DNA from: the human T2T-CHM13v2.0 reference genome, Homo sapiens
Reading direction: 5' to 3' (one strand)
Assembly (NCBI RefSeq): GCF_009914755.1
Contig: NC_060925.1
Length of the DNA: 64,000 nt
The notes under the pieces are model-generated. The model was not told the DNA's origin. It ran no database searches and was given only the letters and a program-made list of their open reading frames with translations. Positions 34,039 to 50,326 of the stretch are shown here, one piece after another; within the stretch, counting starts at the first letter, position 1; each line of letters begins with the position of its first letter. The position numbers and the translations under genes were made by a program.

Positions 34039-35989
34039 TGAGCCACCGCGCCTGGCCTATGGATAGTAAAATTAAAAAGAATCATGCTACTCACATATTC
34101 AGGTCTAAATGAAATGAGGCAGTGGACTAAAAGGAAACCGAATGAATTCCACCTCCTTTAAATACTTACTAGTTTAAAAGAAAATCTGTTAATTTTTTCC
34201 TTTTTCATCTGTGTGTTGTTTGACCTATTACAGCAAACATACATAGCTTTTATAAAAAAAAGAAATTATAAAAAAAAGAAAAAACACTTCTATCTTTAGA
34301 GTGAGAATTTTTAAAATTAGAATCAGACTGTTTTTGGCTATGAAGGTAATGAATATAGTGAAGCACAGTGGGCCTGATATCGTGTGAAAATGTAATGGAC
34401 ACAACTTTAGTTAGCTCTGATTTTTCCACCCTGCCTTCTTATCTCAGCACACAAGTGATACTGGCGTGTTGTGATTTTGTTTTTTCAGGCAGGGTCTCAG
34501 TCTGTTGTCCCTGCTAGAGTGCAGTGGCACAATGATAGCTTGCTGCAGCCTCAAACTCCCAGGCTCAAGTGATCCTTCTGCCTCGGCCTCCCAAAGTGCT
34601 AGGATTACAGGCATAAGCCACCTTGCCTGGCATGGTTTTGAGGTTTTTAGATATTGAACTGGATTCTTGTAGGTAACTCAGTTCTGATTTCATTTTGTGT
34701 GTTTCTTTTACCAATCTTCTAATCATACTTGGCCAATTGAGAACGCTCTCCGGTGGTTTTATGTTTTAGTTCTTACTATGTAGAACTTTAGGTGTTGCAA
34801 GTTGTGGGAAATACAAAAAAGTAAATCATGTTCTCTTCAAGGAGTTAATGATCTCCCTGGTAATATAAGAATAAGCATATTAAAAGTTCAGAACACTATA
34901 TAATTATATAAGTGCTGATTGAGTGATTAGCCCAGTAAGTAACATAGATATTTGGAGGACACAGAGACTGTTGAGAACTGGAGTTGTCAGAAAAGGCAGC
35001 CAAAATTTTTCTTAAACACAAATCTGAGCATGTCATTCTCCAATTTAAAATCTTTCAATGCTTCCCCTTACCTATAGGATAAAGTTCGGGTTCCTTAAGC
35101 TTGTCATGAAAGGTCTTGATTTGGCCCATACCATCCTATCTCGCCACTACCTAGTTGTCTTTCAGCTATTCCTAATTATGTGCAGTTCTTTGAACATAAG
35201 CTTTTTCTTGTCTCCATGAATTTGCATTAGCTATAACTTTATGTAGCAACTTTATTCCTTCCCTTCTCTTTCTGGCTTATACTCATCTTTTAAGGTTAGA
35301 TAGAGTCACTCCTCCTTGAAACTTCATTAAGTCCCCCATATTTCCTGTCCCTACCCAGGTAGGCTTAACCTCTTATGTTCATGAGCACTCTGTGCTTACC
35401 TGTTATAGCACTTAATCAACCTGTTTTGAAGTTGTTTCTCTTATTTAAAGAATAAATGAGGCCAGGTGCCTGTAATCCCAGCATTTTGGGAGGCCAACGC
35501 GGGTGGATCACCTGAGGTCAGGAGTTTGAGAACAGCCTGGCCCATATGGTGAAACCCTGTCTCTACTAAAAATAAAAAATTAGCCGGACGTGGTGGGTGG
35601 GCACCTGTAATCGCAGCTACTCTGGAGGCTGAGGCAGGAGAATCGCTGGAACCCAGGGGGCAGAGTTGCACTGAGCCGAGATCGCACCATTGCACTCCAG
35701 CCTGGGTGACAAAAGCGAAACTCTGTCTCAAAAACAGACAAAAAAAGGGAATGAACGAGGTGGATTTTAAAGAATAAATACCATTTGGAGAGATGAAGAG
35801 GAAGAGAAGTAGCCAGTCATGAAGGGAAAATAAGTAGTATGAGCAAAGAGTCAGTGATTTCGATGAGACTATAGTTGGAAGCTGATTCTGATTCAGTCTG
35901 CAGATGACACGGGCTTGGAAAGGTTGATGAAGATGTTGGATAACTGAATCAGCATCTAAAAAGATCAAAATATGTTGGAATGACAGTGA

Positions 35990-36400
<411 letters not shown>

Positions 36401-37120
36401 TGAGAGTCAATAGGCAGAAGTTACAAGGAAAGCAGATTATGACATTTTATAGAATTATTACATTGGTACTTTGTCTTATGAATTAGTGAATTCTCTATTA
36501 TCCTAAATTTTAAACATCAAGAATATTGTAGATTTATGGGAGATTTGGAGAGACCTTTCAATGTGAACTTATGATTCTTTGTTGTTGAAGGGATTTGTGT
36601 GTCAGCAGAGAATTAGACTATATAATTTCTAAGGTCCATACCTTAGTGCTGTAGTTTATAGTAGGAAGAAAATTGTTCCTTGCAAAGCAAGAAAGGATTC
36701 AAGGCCGAAAAGAAGGATGTGAGGATAAAACCAGAGACCAAGATAAGAAAGTACTTATTGAATGGCTATAAACTCAAAAAAAATAAATAGATAAATATAT
36801 TCACCTGGGATGTAGAACAAGCATTGACATTGTTTGGAATGGCAGTATGTTGGCTTTTCCTAGGGGATCAATAAGAAGAAAATAACTGGGCTTGGGGAGA
36901 GGACCTGGCTGAAGCTTGTATGAATTACTAGTGAACCAGATTTATATACCTCTGCAACTTTCTTCCGAAATGTTCTCTGTCTTGGAAAAGATATGGAAGA
37001 GTCAAGCAGCGGGCAGTTATGGTAATTTAGGTTTGCAGATTGTCATGGTGAATGTAGTAGTAGGCAGTTAGGCAGGGGGAGTTCCTGGGGTATTAGTGAG
37101 GGCAGCTTTGAATTGCATAA

Positions 37121-37291
<171 letters not shown>

Positions 37292-38600
37292 TAGCTAGGA
37301 CTACAGGTGCACACCACCACCTGGCCAATTTTTGTATTTTTAGCAGAGGTGGGGTTTTACCATGTTGGCCAGGCTGGTCTCCAACTCTTGAGCTCAAGTG
37401 ATCCACCGGCCTCAGCCTCCCAAACTGCTGGGATTACAAGGCATGAGCCACTGCAATATGTGTGTCCCAAATGCCAAGGCCTGGCTGTAGATGTCCTTAA
37501 TGAATAGGGTAAAATAAGAATGGAGTGATTGAAGGTTGAGAATGATTAGGAGAGGGTATGAGAGACTGATAATGGTAAGTGCTAAATAGGTATGTTTGGG
37601 GAAGGAATAAGGCCCAAAATGTGGCAGTGTGGTGGCTGGACATGAATTGGAGATGAGTGCCAGTGGAGCCAAGTAGGCACAGATGCATTGTCACATATAT
37701 CTTCACGTATATGTAGAGATGATAAATGAACCAAGTCATCGGGGAAGGCTAAGGTAGATTTGCCATGTGGAAGGGGATAGGCCACGGAGCATGGTCAATG
37801 ACAGTGAGGATGATTTGAACAAGAGGTTATATGGGATGGTGTGGGCTTTCAGAAATAGAAAAGGACCAGGACTGATGGCTCACTGGTCTAGAAATGGCTC
37901 TGGGGAATTGGCAGGAGTCGGAGAAAGTAAGTCCTTTACAGGATAAGGCCTCTGTGGAGCAGTCATTGTCAAGCATTGACAGTCATGTTTTTGTTAAAGA
38001 GGTAAAAAAAAAAAAACCTGGAGAAAAAAGGAGTTTGCTGCTGTGACAGGAGAAGGTAGAGAGGGAAGAGATGTGCAGTGGGGGTAAGCTGGGCAGCTTT
38101 GAGAGTTTGATTGTTTTGATAATGGCTGGTAAAGAAATTGGAATGAAGGAATTCCTGGGGTAGGAGAGGGAGGGAGTTGGGCATTCCTCAGGCAGATCAG
38201 CACATGAAGAGTGAAATTTAACCACTGCAATATGTGTGTCCCAAATGCCAAGGCCACCCTGTCTGTTGGTGGTATCACGGCTTTGGCTTTTTGAAGCTTG
38301 TTGTGAGGGAAGTGGGGAATCAGTCTGCTCCCTGCTCTGCTCAAATTATTGTGCTAAGGAGACTTTGCCATGGTATGATTTTTGAGGCACGTGATGATTC
38401 TGTCTGATTTGTAAACTGACAACGTGATCAGGGCCAAAGAGGAAGTTCAGCTAGGCCAAACCTTCCTAAGAAGAAGTCACTGTCCCACAGTTATGTGGGT
38501 AAGTTGTTCTAGAGAAACAGAGATGTGGGCAGGGCAGCAGCGTGGGAACCTGTTACCTGGGTAGCACTAAGCCAGTGCCTTCTCTGTGTTTCCTTTACAG

Positions 38601-38662
38601 ATGAACGGGACCGGGTTCAGAAGAAAACGTTCACCAAGTGGGTCAACAAGCACTTAATGAAG
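38601..38662 (+). CDS. MACF1: MACF1 first common exon, start of calponin-homology domain CH1: (D)[20 protein letters not shown]
   Basis: Acceptor tttcctttacag|, donor AAG|gtagga. 62 nt, phase 1 to 0. Hallmark spectraplakin ABD motif. Confidence 0.98.
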
Positions 38663-39449
38663 GTAGGACCCTTTCATATATATGCTGCCCCAGCACCTCT
38701 CACTGCTCTCATCTGGATCTGTCATTCCTTCTTTCAGATGGTTTAGATTGCTTGCTGTGTGCTCAAGTCTATGAAGATACACATGTGACTTTTCTTTTCT
38801 CTTCTTTTCTTTTTTAATAGAGAAGGGGTCTTGCCATGTTGCTCAGGCTGTTCTCAAACTCCTGGGCTCAAGCAATCCTACTGCCTCAGCCTCCAAAGTG
38901 CTGGGATTACAGGCATGAGCCACCATGCCCAGCTTTTTGAAAACTAATATAGTCATAATGGCATGGAAACTTGTATTAATCTGCTTCTTGGTGAAGACAT
39001 TATTACCTACCATTACATCAGGAGGCAGAGGCTGAAGATACCATGGGATGATTTTAAAAATTCGAAGAACAGTTTATTCCTAGCTTTATACATTGCTTTA
39101 TAAGCCTGTTTCTTTTTTTTTTTAATTTATTAATTTATTTTAAAATAGACACAGGGTCTCACTATGTTGCCCACTCTGGTATCAAACTCCTGGGCTAAAG
39201 CGATCCTCCTACCTCTGCCTCCCAAAGTGTTAGGATTACAGGCGTGAGCCACTACACCCAGTGTATTTTTATTTTTTAATCTGAATACTATGGAAGGATG
39301 ATAGAGGGGGATTTTCTCTCTTTCTCTTAAAGTGCATGAATCTTAAATGTTTAACTTGATGAATTTTTACATGAATTTTACCACCAGGTAGTCTAAAATA
39401 CAGAATATTTCCAGAATGGTTAGGGCTGAATGAAGATTATTATTATCAT

Positions 39450-39632
39450 TATTATTATTTTAAATAGAGGAGAAACCATAACAGAGGCATGTTAAGACTC
39501 ACCTAAAGATAATAATAATAATTGTTATATATTAGATATATAAAATATAATAATAATATATTATTATGGTATTATTATTTTAAATAAAAGAGAAACCAAA
39601 ACAGAGGCATGTTAAGACTCACCTAAAGATAA
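39450..39632 (+). repeat. 63-bp direct duplication with 120-bp period and AT-rich spacer
   Basis: ATTATTATTTTAAATA..AGAAACCA.AACAGAGGCATGTTAAGACTCACCTAAAGATAA at 39450-39512 and 39570-39632. Confidence 0.9.
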
Positions 39633-40327
39633 ACAGTATGACTACTGTGGCAGTTAGAATCTGAAAACAAAGTTTTTGAATTATAATAATAATTAGTGCT
39701 TCTCTGGGAAAGGGAAAGGTCACCAGTGATCCCTTAATTGCCCTATCCAGTAGCCTAGTTTTATCTTCCTCTTATTTGATTTCTCTGTAGCATTTGATAC
39801 TGTCGTCTACTCCTTAAAACCCTCTCTTACAATGACTTCTAGAACATTGCTTTTTCCTGAATTACCTCTTTCCTCTATGAATGCCTTTTTTTCTGCCTGT
39901 TTCACTGGCTTTTCTTCCTCTGTCTGACTCTTCCATGATGGTGTTCCCCAGGATCCTAACCTTGGCCATTTTTTGGTTTTGTTCTCTGTATTCTTTTTGG
40001 GCAGTCTCATCCATTGTAGCTGCTGGGATTGTTTTGTTGCATGGGATGCAAAGAAACATAAGTAGAAATGGATATGGGATGATCTCACAGAATCTGATGT
40101 CTAGATGCAGCTGGGCTTTATGAAAACTAAACAGTTATCAGAAAACTACTCTCATACTCTCTTTGTTTTTTTTTGTTTGTTTGTTTGTTTGTTTGTTTCT
40201 TTGTTTGTTTGTTTTTTTGAGACAGAGTCTTACCCTGTTGCCCAGGCTGGAGTACATTGGGAAGATCACAGCTCACTGCAGCCCTAACCTCCTGGGCTTG
40301 AGTGATTCTCCCACCTCATCCTCCTGA

Positions 40328-40694
<367 letters not shown>

Positions 40695-41182
40695 TAAGTC
40701 TCCCAAAGTGCTGGGATTATAGGCGTGAGCCACTGTGCCTGGCCAACCCAGGTCTTTCTTGTTTATGGGGCCTTGTGTTCTTTCATTTTACTTCTGTGTG
40801 CCTCCTATATTCATTTCTCTGCTTTTCGTTTATTGCTACGAGTGAGCCATGGTGGCTGTGCCTCAAACAGTGACGTAAACCCCTGAGGCCACATGATTCT
40901 GGATGCACAAACACAGAAAGTCTGATGGGCTTAGGTCTTCTTTTCCTCCATGGGCCAATTGTCCATCTATAGTTCAGTAAACTGTGGGTAAGGAGGTGGT
41001 TACATAAATCACACATGTCTTCTTAGGGCCACTTGTTTAGTGGGTACTGCAGGTGAGCATGATTTTAACACTGCAAGATCTGGATAAGGAGGCAGTGATA
41101 GAGCCTTTTCTTGGATTCTTGCCTAAGCCAAAGGCAAGTGTCATGGTGTATTTTACACATTCATCTGTATGTTACCTAGCCA

Positions 41183-41190
<8 letters not shown>

Positions 41191-41229
<39 letters not shown>

Positions 41230-43329
41230 GATAATTCTTGGGTGTTTCTCACAGAGGGGGATTTGGCAGGGTCATAGGACAATAGTGGAGGGAAGGTCAG
41301 CAGATACACAAGTGAACAAAGGTCTCTGGTTTTCCTAGGCAGAGGACCCTGCGGCCTTCCGCAGTGTTTGTGTCCCTGGGTACTTGAGATTAGGGAGTGG
41401 TGATGACTCTTAACGAGCATGCTGCCTTCAAGCATCTGTTTAACAAAGCACATCTTGCACCGCCCTTAATCCATTTAACCCTGAGTGGACACAGCACATG
41501 TTTCAGAGAGCACAGGGTTGGGGGTAAGGTCACAGATCAACAGGATCCCAAGGCAGAAGAATTTTTCTTAGTACAGAACAAAATGAAAAGTCTCCCATGT
41601 CTACTTCTTTCTACACAGACACGGCAACCATCCGATTTCTCAATCTTTTCCCCACCTCTCCCTCCTTTCTATTCCACAAAGCCGCCATTGTCATCCTGGC
41701 CCGTTCTCAATGAGCTGTTGGGCACACCTCCCAGACGGGGTGGTGGCCGGGCAGAGGGGCTCCTCACTTCCCAGTAGGGGCGGCCGGGCAGAGGCGCCCC
41801 TCACCTTCCGGGCGGGGCGGCTGGCCGGGCAGGGGGCTGACCCCCCCACCTCCCTCCCGGACGGGGCGGCTGGCCTGGCAGAGGAGCTCCTCACTTCCCA
41901 GTAGGGGCAGCCGGGCAGAGGTGCCCCTCACCTCCCGGACGGGGCGGCTGGCCTGGCGGGGGGCTGACCCCCCCACCTCCCTCCCGGACGGGGCGGCTGG
42001 CCGGGCGGGGGGCTGACCCCCCCACCTCCCTCCCGGACGGGGCGGCTGGCCTGGCGGGGGGCTGACCGCCCCACCTCCCTCCCGGACGGGGCGGCTGGCC
42101 GGGCGGGGGGCTGACCCCCCCACCTCCCTCCCGGACGGGGCGGCTGGCCGGGCGGGGGCTGACCCCCCCACCTCCCTCCCGGACGGGGCGGCTGGCCGGG
42201 CGGGGGGCTGACCCCCCCACCTCCCTCCCGGACGGGGCGGCTGGCCTGGCGGGGGGCTGACCGCCCCACCTCCCTCCCGGACGGGGCGGCTGGCCGGGCA
42301 GGGGGCTGACCCCCCCGCCTCCCTCCCGGACGGGGCGGCTGGCCGGGCAGAGGGGCTCCTCACTTCCCAGTAGGGGCGGCCGGGCAGAGGCGCCCCTCAC
42401 CTCCCGGACGAGGCGGCTGGCTGGGCCGGGGGCTGACCCCCCCACCTCCCTCCCGGATGGGGTGGCTGGCCGGGCGGGGGGCTGACCCCCCCCACCTCCC
42501 TCCCAGACGGGGCGGCTGGCGGGGCGGGGGGCTGACCCCCCCACCTCCCTCCCGGATGGGGCGGCTGGCCTGGCGGGGGGCTGACCCCCCCCCCCACCTC
42601 CCTCCCAGACGGGGTGGCTGTCGGGCGGAGACGCTCCTCACTTCCCAGATGGGGCGGCTGCCGGGCGGAGGGGCTCCTCACTTCTCAGACGGGGCGGTTG
42701 CCAGGCAGAGGGTCTCCTCACTTCTCAGACGGGGCGGCCGGGCAGAGATGCTCCTCACCTCCCAGACGGGGCGGCGGGGCAGAGGCGCTCCCCACATCTC
42801 AGACGATAGGTGGCCGGGCAGAGACGCTCCTCACTTCCTAGATGTGATGGCGGCAGGGAAGAGGTGCTCCTCACTTCCTAGGTGGGATGGCGGCCGGGCG
42901 GAGACGCTCCTCACTTTCCAGACTGGGCAGCCAGGCAGAGGGGCTCCTCACATCCCAGATGATGGGCGGCCAGGCAGAGACGCTCCTCACTTCCCAGACG
43001 GGGTGGCGGCCGGGCAGAGGCTGCAATCTCGGCACTTTGGGAGGCCAAGGCAGGCGGCTGGGAGGTGGAGGTTGTAGCGAGCCGAGATCACGCCACTGCA
43101 CTCCAGCCTGGGCACCATTGAGCACTGAGTGAACGAGACTCCGTCTGCAATCCCGGCACCTTGGGAGGCCGAGGCTGGTGGATCACTTGCGGTTAGGGGC
43201 TGGAGACTGGCCTGGCCAACAGAGCGAAACCCCGTCTCCACCAAAACCAGTCAGGCGTGGTGGCGCGAGCCTGCAATCGCAGGCACTCGGCAGGCTGAGT
43301 CAGGAGAATCAGGCAGGGAGGTTGCAGTG
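41191..43329 (-). mobile_element. SVA retrotransposon (young, SVA_D/E-like), 5'-truncated, antisense to MACF1
   Basis: On +: poly(T), SINE-R (~41226-41720), GC-rich VNTR (~41720-43020), Alu-like domain (~43020-43329). No CCCTCT hexamer. Perfect TSD CTAGCCATAGCTTTT (41176-41190, 43330-43344). Confidence 0.97.
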
Positions 43330-43567
43330 CTAGCCATAGCTTTTATTTAACACACCCTAAATTGTTAAGTATTTTCACTCATGTAGCCAGTTGTTCAAGT
43401 TAGGAACCTATTTGATTCAGTACTGCCTATAATCTCTCCCTTGTTACCAAGTCCAGTTAATCACTTGTAGCTCAGAAAGATTGCATGCATCTGTCTTCTC
43501 TTCTCCATCTCCATATCGCTGCTTTTGTTCAGGGCCTCTGTGTCTGTTGCCTTGACCATTATAATAG

Positions 43568-43933
<366 letters not shown>

Positions 43934-44428
43934 TAGTCTAAATCAGACATTCTGTATACTAAGTCCTTTACATGGATTATTTCATTTAATCCTTCAGTGA
44001 TCTTATGCTGTGGGTTCTGTTAATATCCCCATTTTATAAATTACTTAGAGAGGGTAAGTAATTTGTTCAAGATCATGCTGCTAGAAAAAGGCAGAACTGA
44101 AATTTTAAAATTCAGGCAACCTAAAGTCTAGAAACCGTGCTCTTAACCCATGCAGAACTGGCTCTGGTTGCTGCCTACCTTTCCAGGCTCATAGCACCAA
44201 GTTTCCCTCATACCTTGAGTTCTTGCTGAACTATGTGCCATGCTATTTTATGACTCTGTATCTTTGTTCATTCTGCTCCCTGTGCTTGGAATATCTTTCC
44301 CAAGTTTGTTCTGCCTGGATAACACAAACTTAACACCTCTTCAGTAAGTATTTTCCTGACTTCTCTGATGTGGAACTGACTAGCCTTTCTTTGTGCCCCT
44401 GACTATACTCCTTATGTGCTTTTGTTAA

Positions 44429-44686
<258 letters not shown>

Positions 44687-45622
44687 TGAGTAGCTGGAAC
44701 TACAAGCATGTGCCACCAAAGCCTGGCTAATTTTTGTATTTTTAGTAGAGACAGGGTTATACCATATTGGCCAGGCTGCTCTCCTGGGCTTGTGATCTGC
44801 CTGCCTCGGCCTTCCAAAGTGATGAGATTACAGGCATGAGCCACCGCGTCCAGCCGTGATTTCCTTTTGTAAATTTCTTCCATGGCTACTAGTTGCCTCT
44901 AGAGTTTGATGTCACCTAACTCTGTCCTGATGTAGAGCACTTTGCAGCGTTTCCAACCCACCTGTCTAGCTTCATTTCTAAGCACTCTGTTTTTTGTAGC
45001 TTGCGCTATAGCCACATGAGACAACTCACTGCCCCCTAAACACTGTGTACTTTCACACCTCCTTGCTTATTTATTTCTCTCCCTAGAATGCACGTCCCAG
45101 CCTCCTCTGCCTGACCATCACCCACTTCACCTTCTAGGCCCAGCTCCAGTATCACCTTCCTGAGATTCTGACCTCTGTTCCTCAGATTAAATCAATTGCA
45201 ACTCCATCTGTATTTCATACTGCCTTGAAGAGATGCCTGTGTGTTCACTCATCGATGTTCTCTGTTACAGTACTCATTGAGGACTGGGATTGTATTATGC
45301 TACTTTCTCTGTTAAGTGCTGCACATAGCACATGAGAAGTATCCAATAAGTACTTGTTACCTTGAGTAACTAATATTTCAATAGTGTTATAGCGTATGAA
45401 GCACATTCTTATCTGTCTTAATCCTTAAAATAACCCTGAAGTAAGTAAAGGTGTTTTATCCCCTTAATTTTAACAGCTAGGGAAAATGAGAATTAGAGGA
45501 GTGAAGTGACTTTGCCAAAACGATACAGCTAGTGAGGGATGGAGCTAAGGATCAATCAATCATGAATCTTCTGATCAAAATTACTTGTTCTTCCTGCTAA
45601 CTATGCCCCCAGCTGATTCTTT

Positions 45623-46386
45623 TTTTTTTTTTAGACAATACTGATATTAATTAAACGTAAGGTAAACTCCAGGCATCCGTCATCTTTCAGCCTAAAAATT
45701 AGCAAAAACTGTTGAAACAAGGCAGTTTTTTCCCCATTATTTCTTACGTTGTGGCTCCAGTTACAAAAAAATTTTAATGAAAACGTTAAACATAAAAATA
45801 GAAGTTTGAGATTTTAAAAAAGTATATAAAAAGCCCCACAAAACTTGTCAATGTTGTTCCTTATTCTACAAAATAGCACCAGTAAGAAGAGTAAAAGGTG
45901 TTAAAAACCATTACGACAGCATTTCTGAAATACAGCTTGTCTCAACTCCCGTTCTCCCTAAAAACGACTTCTCATGGAATAAAAAAGGATTTAAAAATTG
46001 CCAGAGGGAGCACCGAGCTTTGACTGCAGTTTTCCCTGTCATCTCTTAGATGAAGGGAAGGTGTGAGAAATGTGCGTCTGTCCCTGACTGCTGTCACCGC
46101 TTCTGAGTTTAGTAAAAAGATGAGAAATGAAGGTAGCAGACTTCTCATCTGGGGACCTGTGCCTGTGGAGGGTAGGTCTCTTGGAGAGGGAATGGGTTTG
46201 AGGGGTTGTCTTATCTAAGCTCCTTCCTTCACACTTGTCTCCTAGGGAAGAGGGAGATACAGAGGAGCCAAATATATGACAGCTTATATTATAGAACTTA
46301 GCACACCCCTTCCTGAGCTCCCCAGAGGGTTCTATTGCAGTCACTGGGAGGGATTTAGCTAAGAGTGGCCCCTGCCCTTGGGTTTG
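45623..46386 (-). pseudogene. 5'-truncated processed retrocopy containing only an mRNA 3' UTR
   Basis: Poly(T) 45620-45632. 18-nt TSD with 2 mismatches (GCCCCCAGCTGATTCTTT 45605-45622; GCCCCTAGCTGATTGTTT 46387-46404). Non-repeat, UTR-like body with ATTAAA-type signals on the minus strand. Confidence 0.8.
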
Positions 46387-46919
46387 GCCCCTAGCTGATT
46401 GTTTCATACTTTGTCTCTAACCGTTGGAGGAACTGAATCAATCCTACCTTGAGCTTGTCCCCTGAACTTTGTAGTTGAATTCCAGTGCTCTGGCTCCTTG
46501 CTGCCTGTTTGTAGCTGATGCTGCCTGTTGGACCTCTGCCTCAGTGCTGTGTGATGACAGGAAGCTCAGGGAGGGAGAAGCTAGAGGAACACATCATAGC
46601 ATTGTTAGAAATTGGAGGCCAGCCAAAGCTTTTCTTAAATCCTTGGTGATTTTTCATCTCTTCCCAGGCCCCCAGCCTTACAGTTTCAATAACATTTGCT
46701 CATCTTGGGATATTTCAGAGAGAGATTCACTGCTAATCAGAGTTATTGCTCTAAATTGGAATTATTTGATTTTGGGCTGAGAATTAGGGATTGAGATTTT
46801 TTTTTGCGACTCAAGCATCCTTTGCTTTGCTCCCCAAGTACACCCCAGATTAATGCCATCTTTGGCAGGTAGACCAACGTAAGGACAAAACCAACCAGGT
46901 GGCTAGGCATGGTGGTTCA

Positions 46920-47298
<379 letters not shown>

Positions 47299-48278
47299 TT
47301 ACTTTGGGATAAGCAAATTAATTCCTCCTTATTGAGAACACTTCTGATCCAATCTTAAAAGAGATTTGTTAAGGATATAAGCATCTGAAATAAACAACCT
47401 AATTTAGAATGTAAACATACATATGTAAGGGTTCTGCTTATATACCAGAACCATCAAAAAGAGAAATCTAGGTTTCTAAATGAGGTCTTATTTAAATTAT
47501 CTATGCCATATCTCTGGGTGCTGTTAGCTGATAAAGTGTATCCCCCTAAAGAGAACATGAAAGTATGAACTCCTTAGGAGGGAGAAAAATGCTTTTTCTG
47601 GTCAGTTCCTGTTGACTTCACAGGTTAGTAGTTAGAAAGGAAAAGCCCAGTATTTAATCTAGCAGATAGAGCAGTTCTTTCCCTTTTTGTATATGCAATC
47701 TAGAAGCCCCTGGCTTTCCTGGAATTTTAGATAAAATTTCCATATATACCAGCAAAAGTTTTCAAATTTTTAATAATGCTTACAACCAACCCTTCCTTCC
47801 TTCCTTCCGTCCGTCCGTCTTTCTGTCTTTCTGTTTTAAGAGACAAGTTATCCCTATGTTCCCTAGGCTGGTCTCAAACTCCTGTGCTCAAGGAATCTTT
47901 GGCCTTCCCGAGTGCTAGGATTACAGGCATGAGCCACCACACCTGGCCCACTTACACTTTCTCTATTTCTGTTTGAGACTCTCTAGTTGAATATGGGGTA
48001 GCACTGATTCCAGGTATTCTGTCCTATACAGCCTCTGTTTTGGCCACATGAGTCAATTCACTGGCTCCCTAATCACTGGGTGGAACTTCATACTTTTTAC
48101 GTATTCATGTCTATGGGAAATACCAGAATGAGACGGGCAGTGGAGTTTAATTTAAGAAATTGACAAAGTAGTGCTGGTTAGATGCTAAGGAAAGGAGTGT
48201 TACCTTTGTTGCCTACATGTGACTATATGGTAGTGGTTTGTGGCTGTCTTTGCCTGGACCTGATTTTTTAGGGCTTAA

Positions 48279-48632
<354 letters not shown>

Positions 48633-49219
48633 TGATCTGCCCATCTTGGCCTCCTAAAGTGCTGGGATTACAGGCGTGAGCCACTGCACCCAGCCTGTGG
48701 ATTTTAGAATCATCCACATTCTTAGAGAATCTGTTAATCCGGGTTGACCGGTACCACTGTTAAATTTCTCACAATTTAGGGAATTCTCAAAACAGAGATA
48801 TGATAAAATTCTTATATGCAAAGAACCTCACACTTTGTTCCCCTCCCACCCCCGCTCTCCAACAGGGATTCCCAGCTGCTACTTTTATTCCCTGCATTTA
48901 AGCATAGTTCTTTCCAGAGTAAAGAAGTCTAGGACAACTATAATCTGTTTTTTTTTTTTTTTTTAGTGTTGGGCTTTTCCTTGAAGACAAATTTGGCCAA
49001 TGAATCAATATCGGTTTCTGTTTTTACAATTTGGAGATCTGCCATTCAGAAATCTATCTGAAATTACTAGGCTCACTTTCCCTTTCCCTGTATCTTTTAA
49101 TAAGTGTAGGAGAGAGTAAATAACATTACTTTTCTCTTTAAAACTTTCTCCTCTGCCCTATATATTGCTCTTCAACATAGTTTGAGTCAAGGAAATTGGG
49201 CTGCTTACGTTTCCTTTTA

Positions 49220-49682
<463 letters not shown>

Positions 49683-49934
49683 TCATAGAAGCCTTGTTAA
49701 GAGAGTCAGGAGACAATGATCTGGACCCAGCTCTGATACTTTCCAGCTAAGTGATCTTATACAAGTTATTTAGCTTCTCTAGGCAATGGTTTTCTCATCT
49801 GTAAACTGAGGGTATTAGAATTAAGTAATCTTTAAAGTCCCTTTGGGCTAAGATTAGGATTCCAAGCACGTAAGTGTAACTTACTCCTTTTGTTAAAGCC
49901 ACTGAGAAATTGAGGGAAGCTGTTTATTTTTTCA

Positions 49935-50326
<392 letters not shown>

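Noticed and set aside
41720-43020. Repeat array resembling CRISPR
   Set aside because: Eukaryotic VNTR without unique spacers; no prokaryotic content in the window.
41397-43350. Long Pro/Gly/Arg-rich ORFs (up to 217 aa) and a CpG-island-like stretch
   Set aside because: SVA VNTR lacking stops by composition; not a gene or a native promoter.
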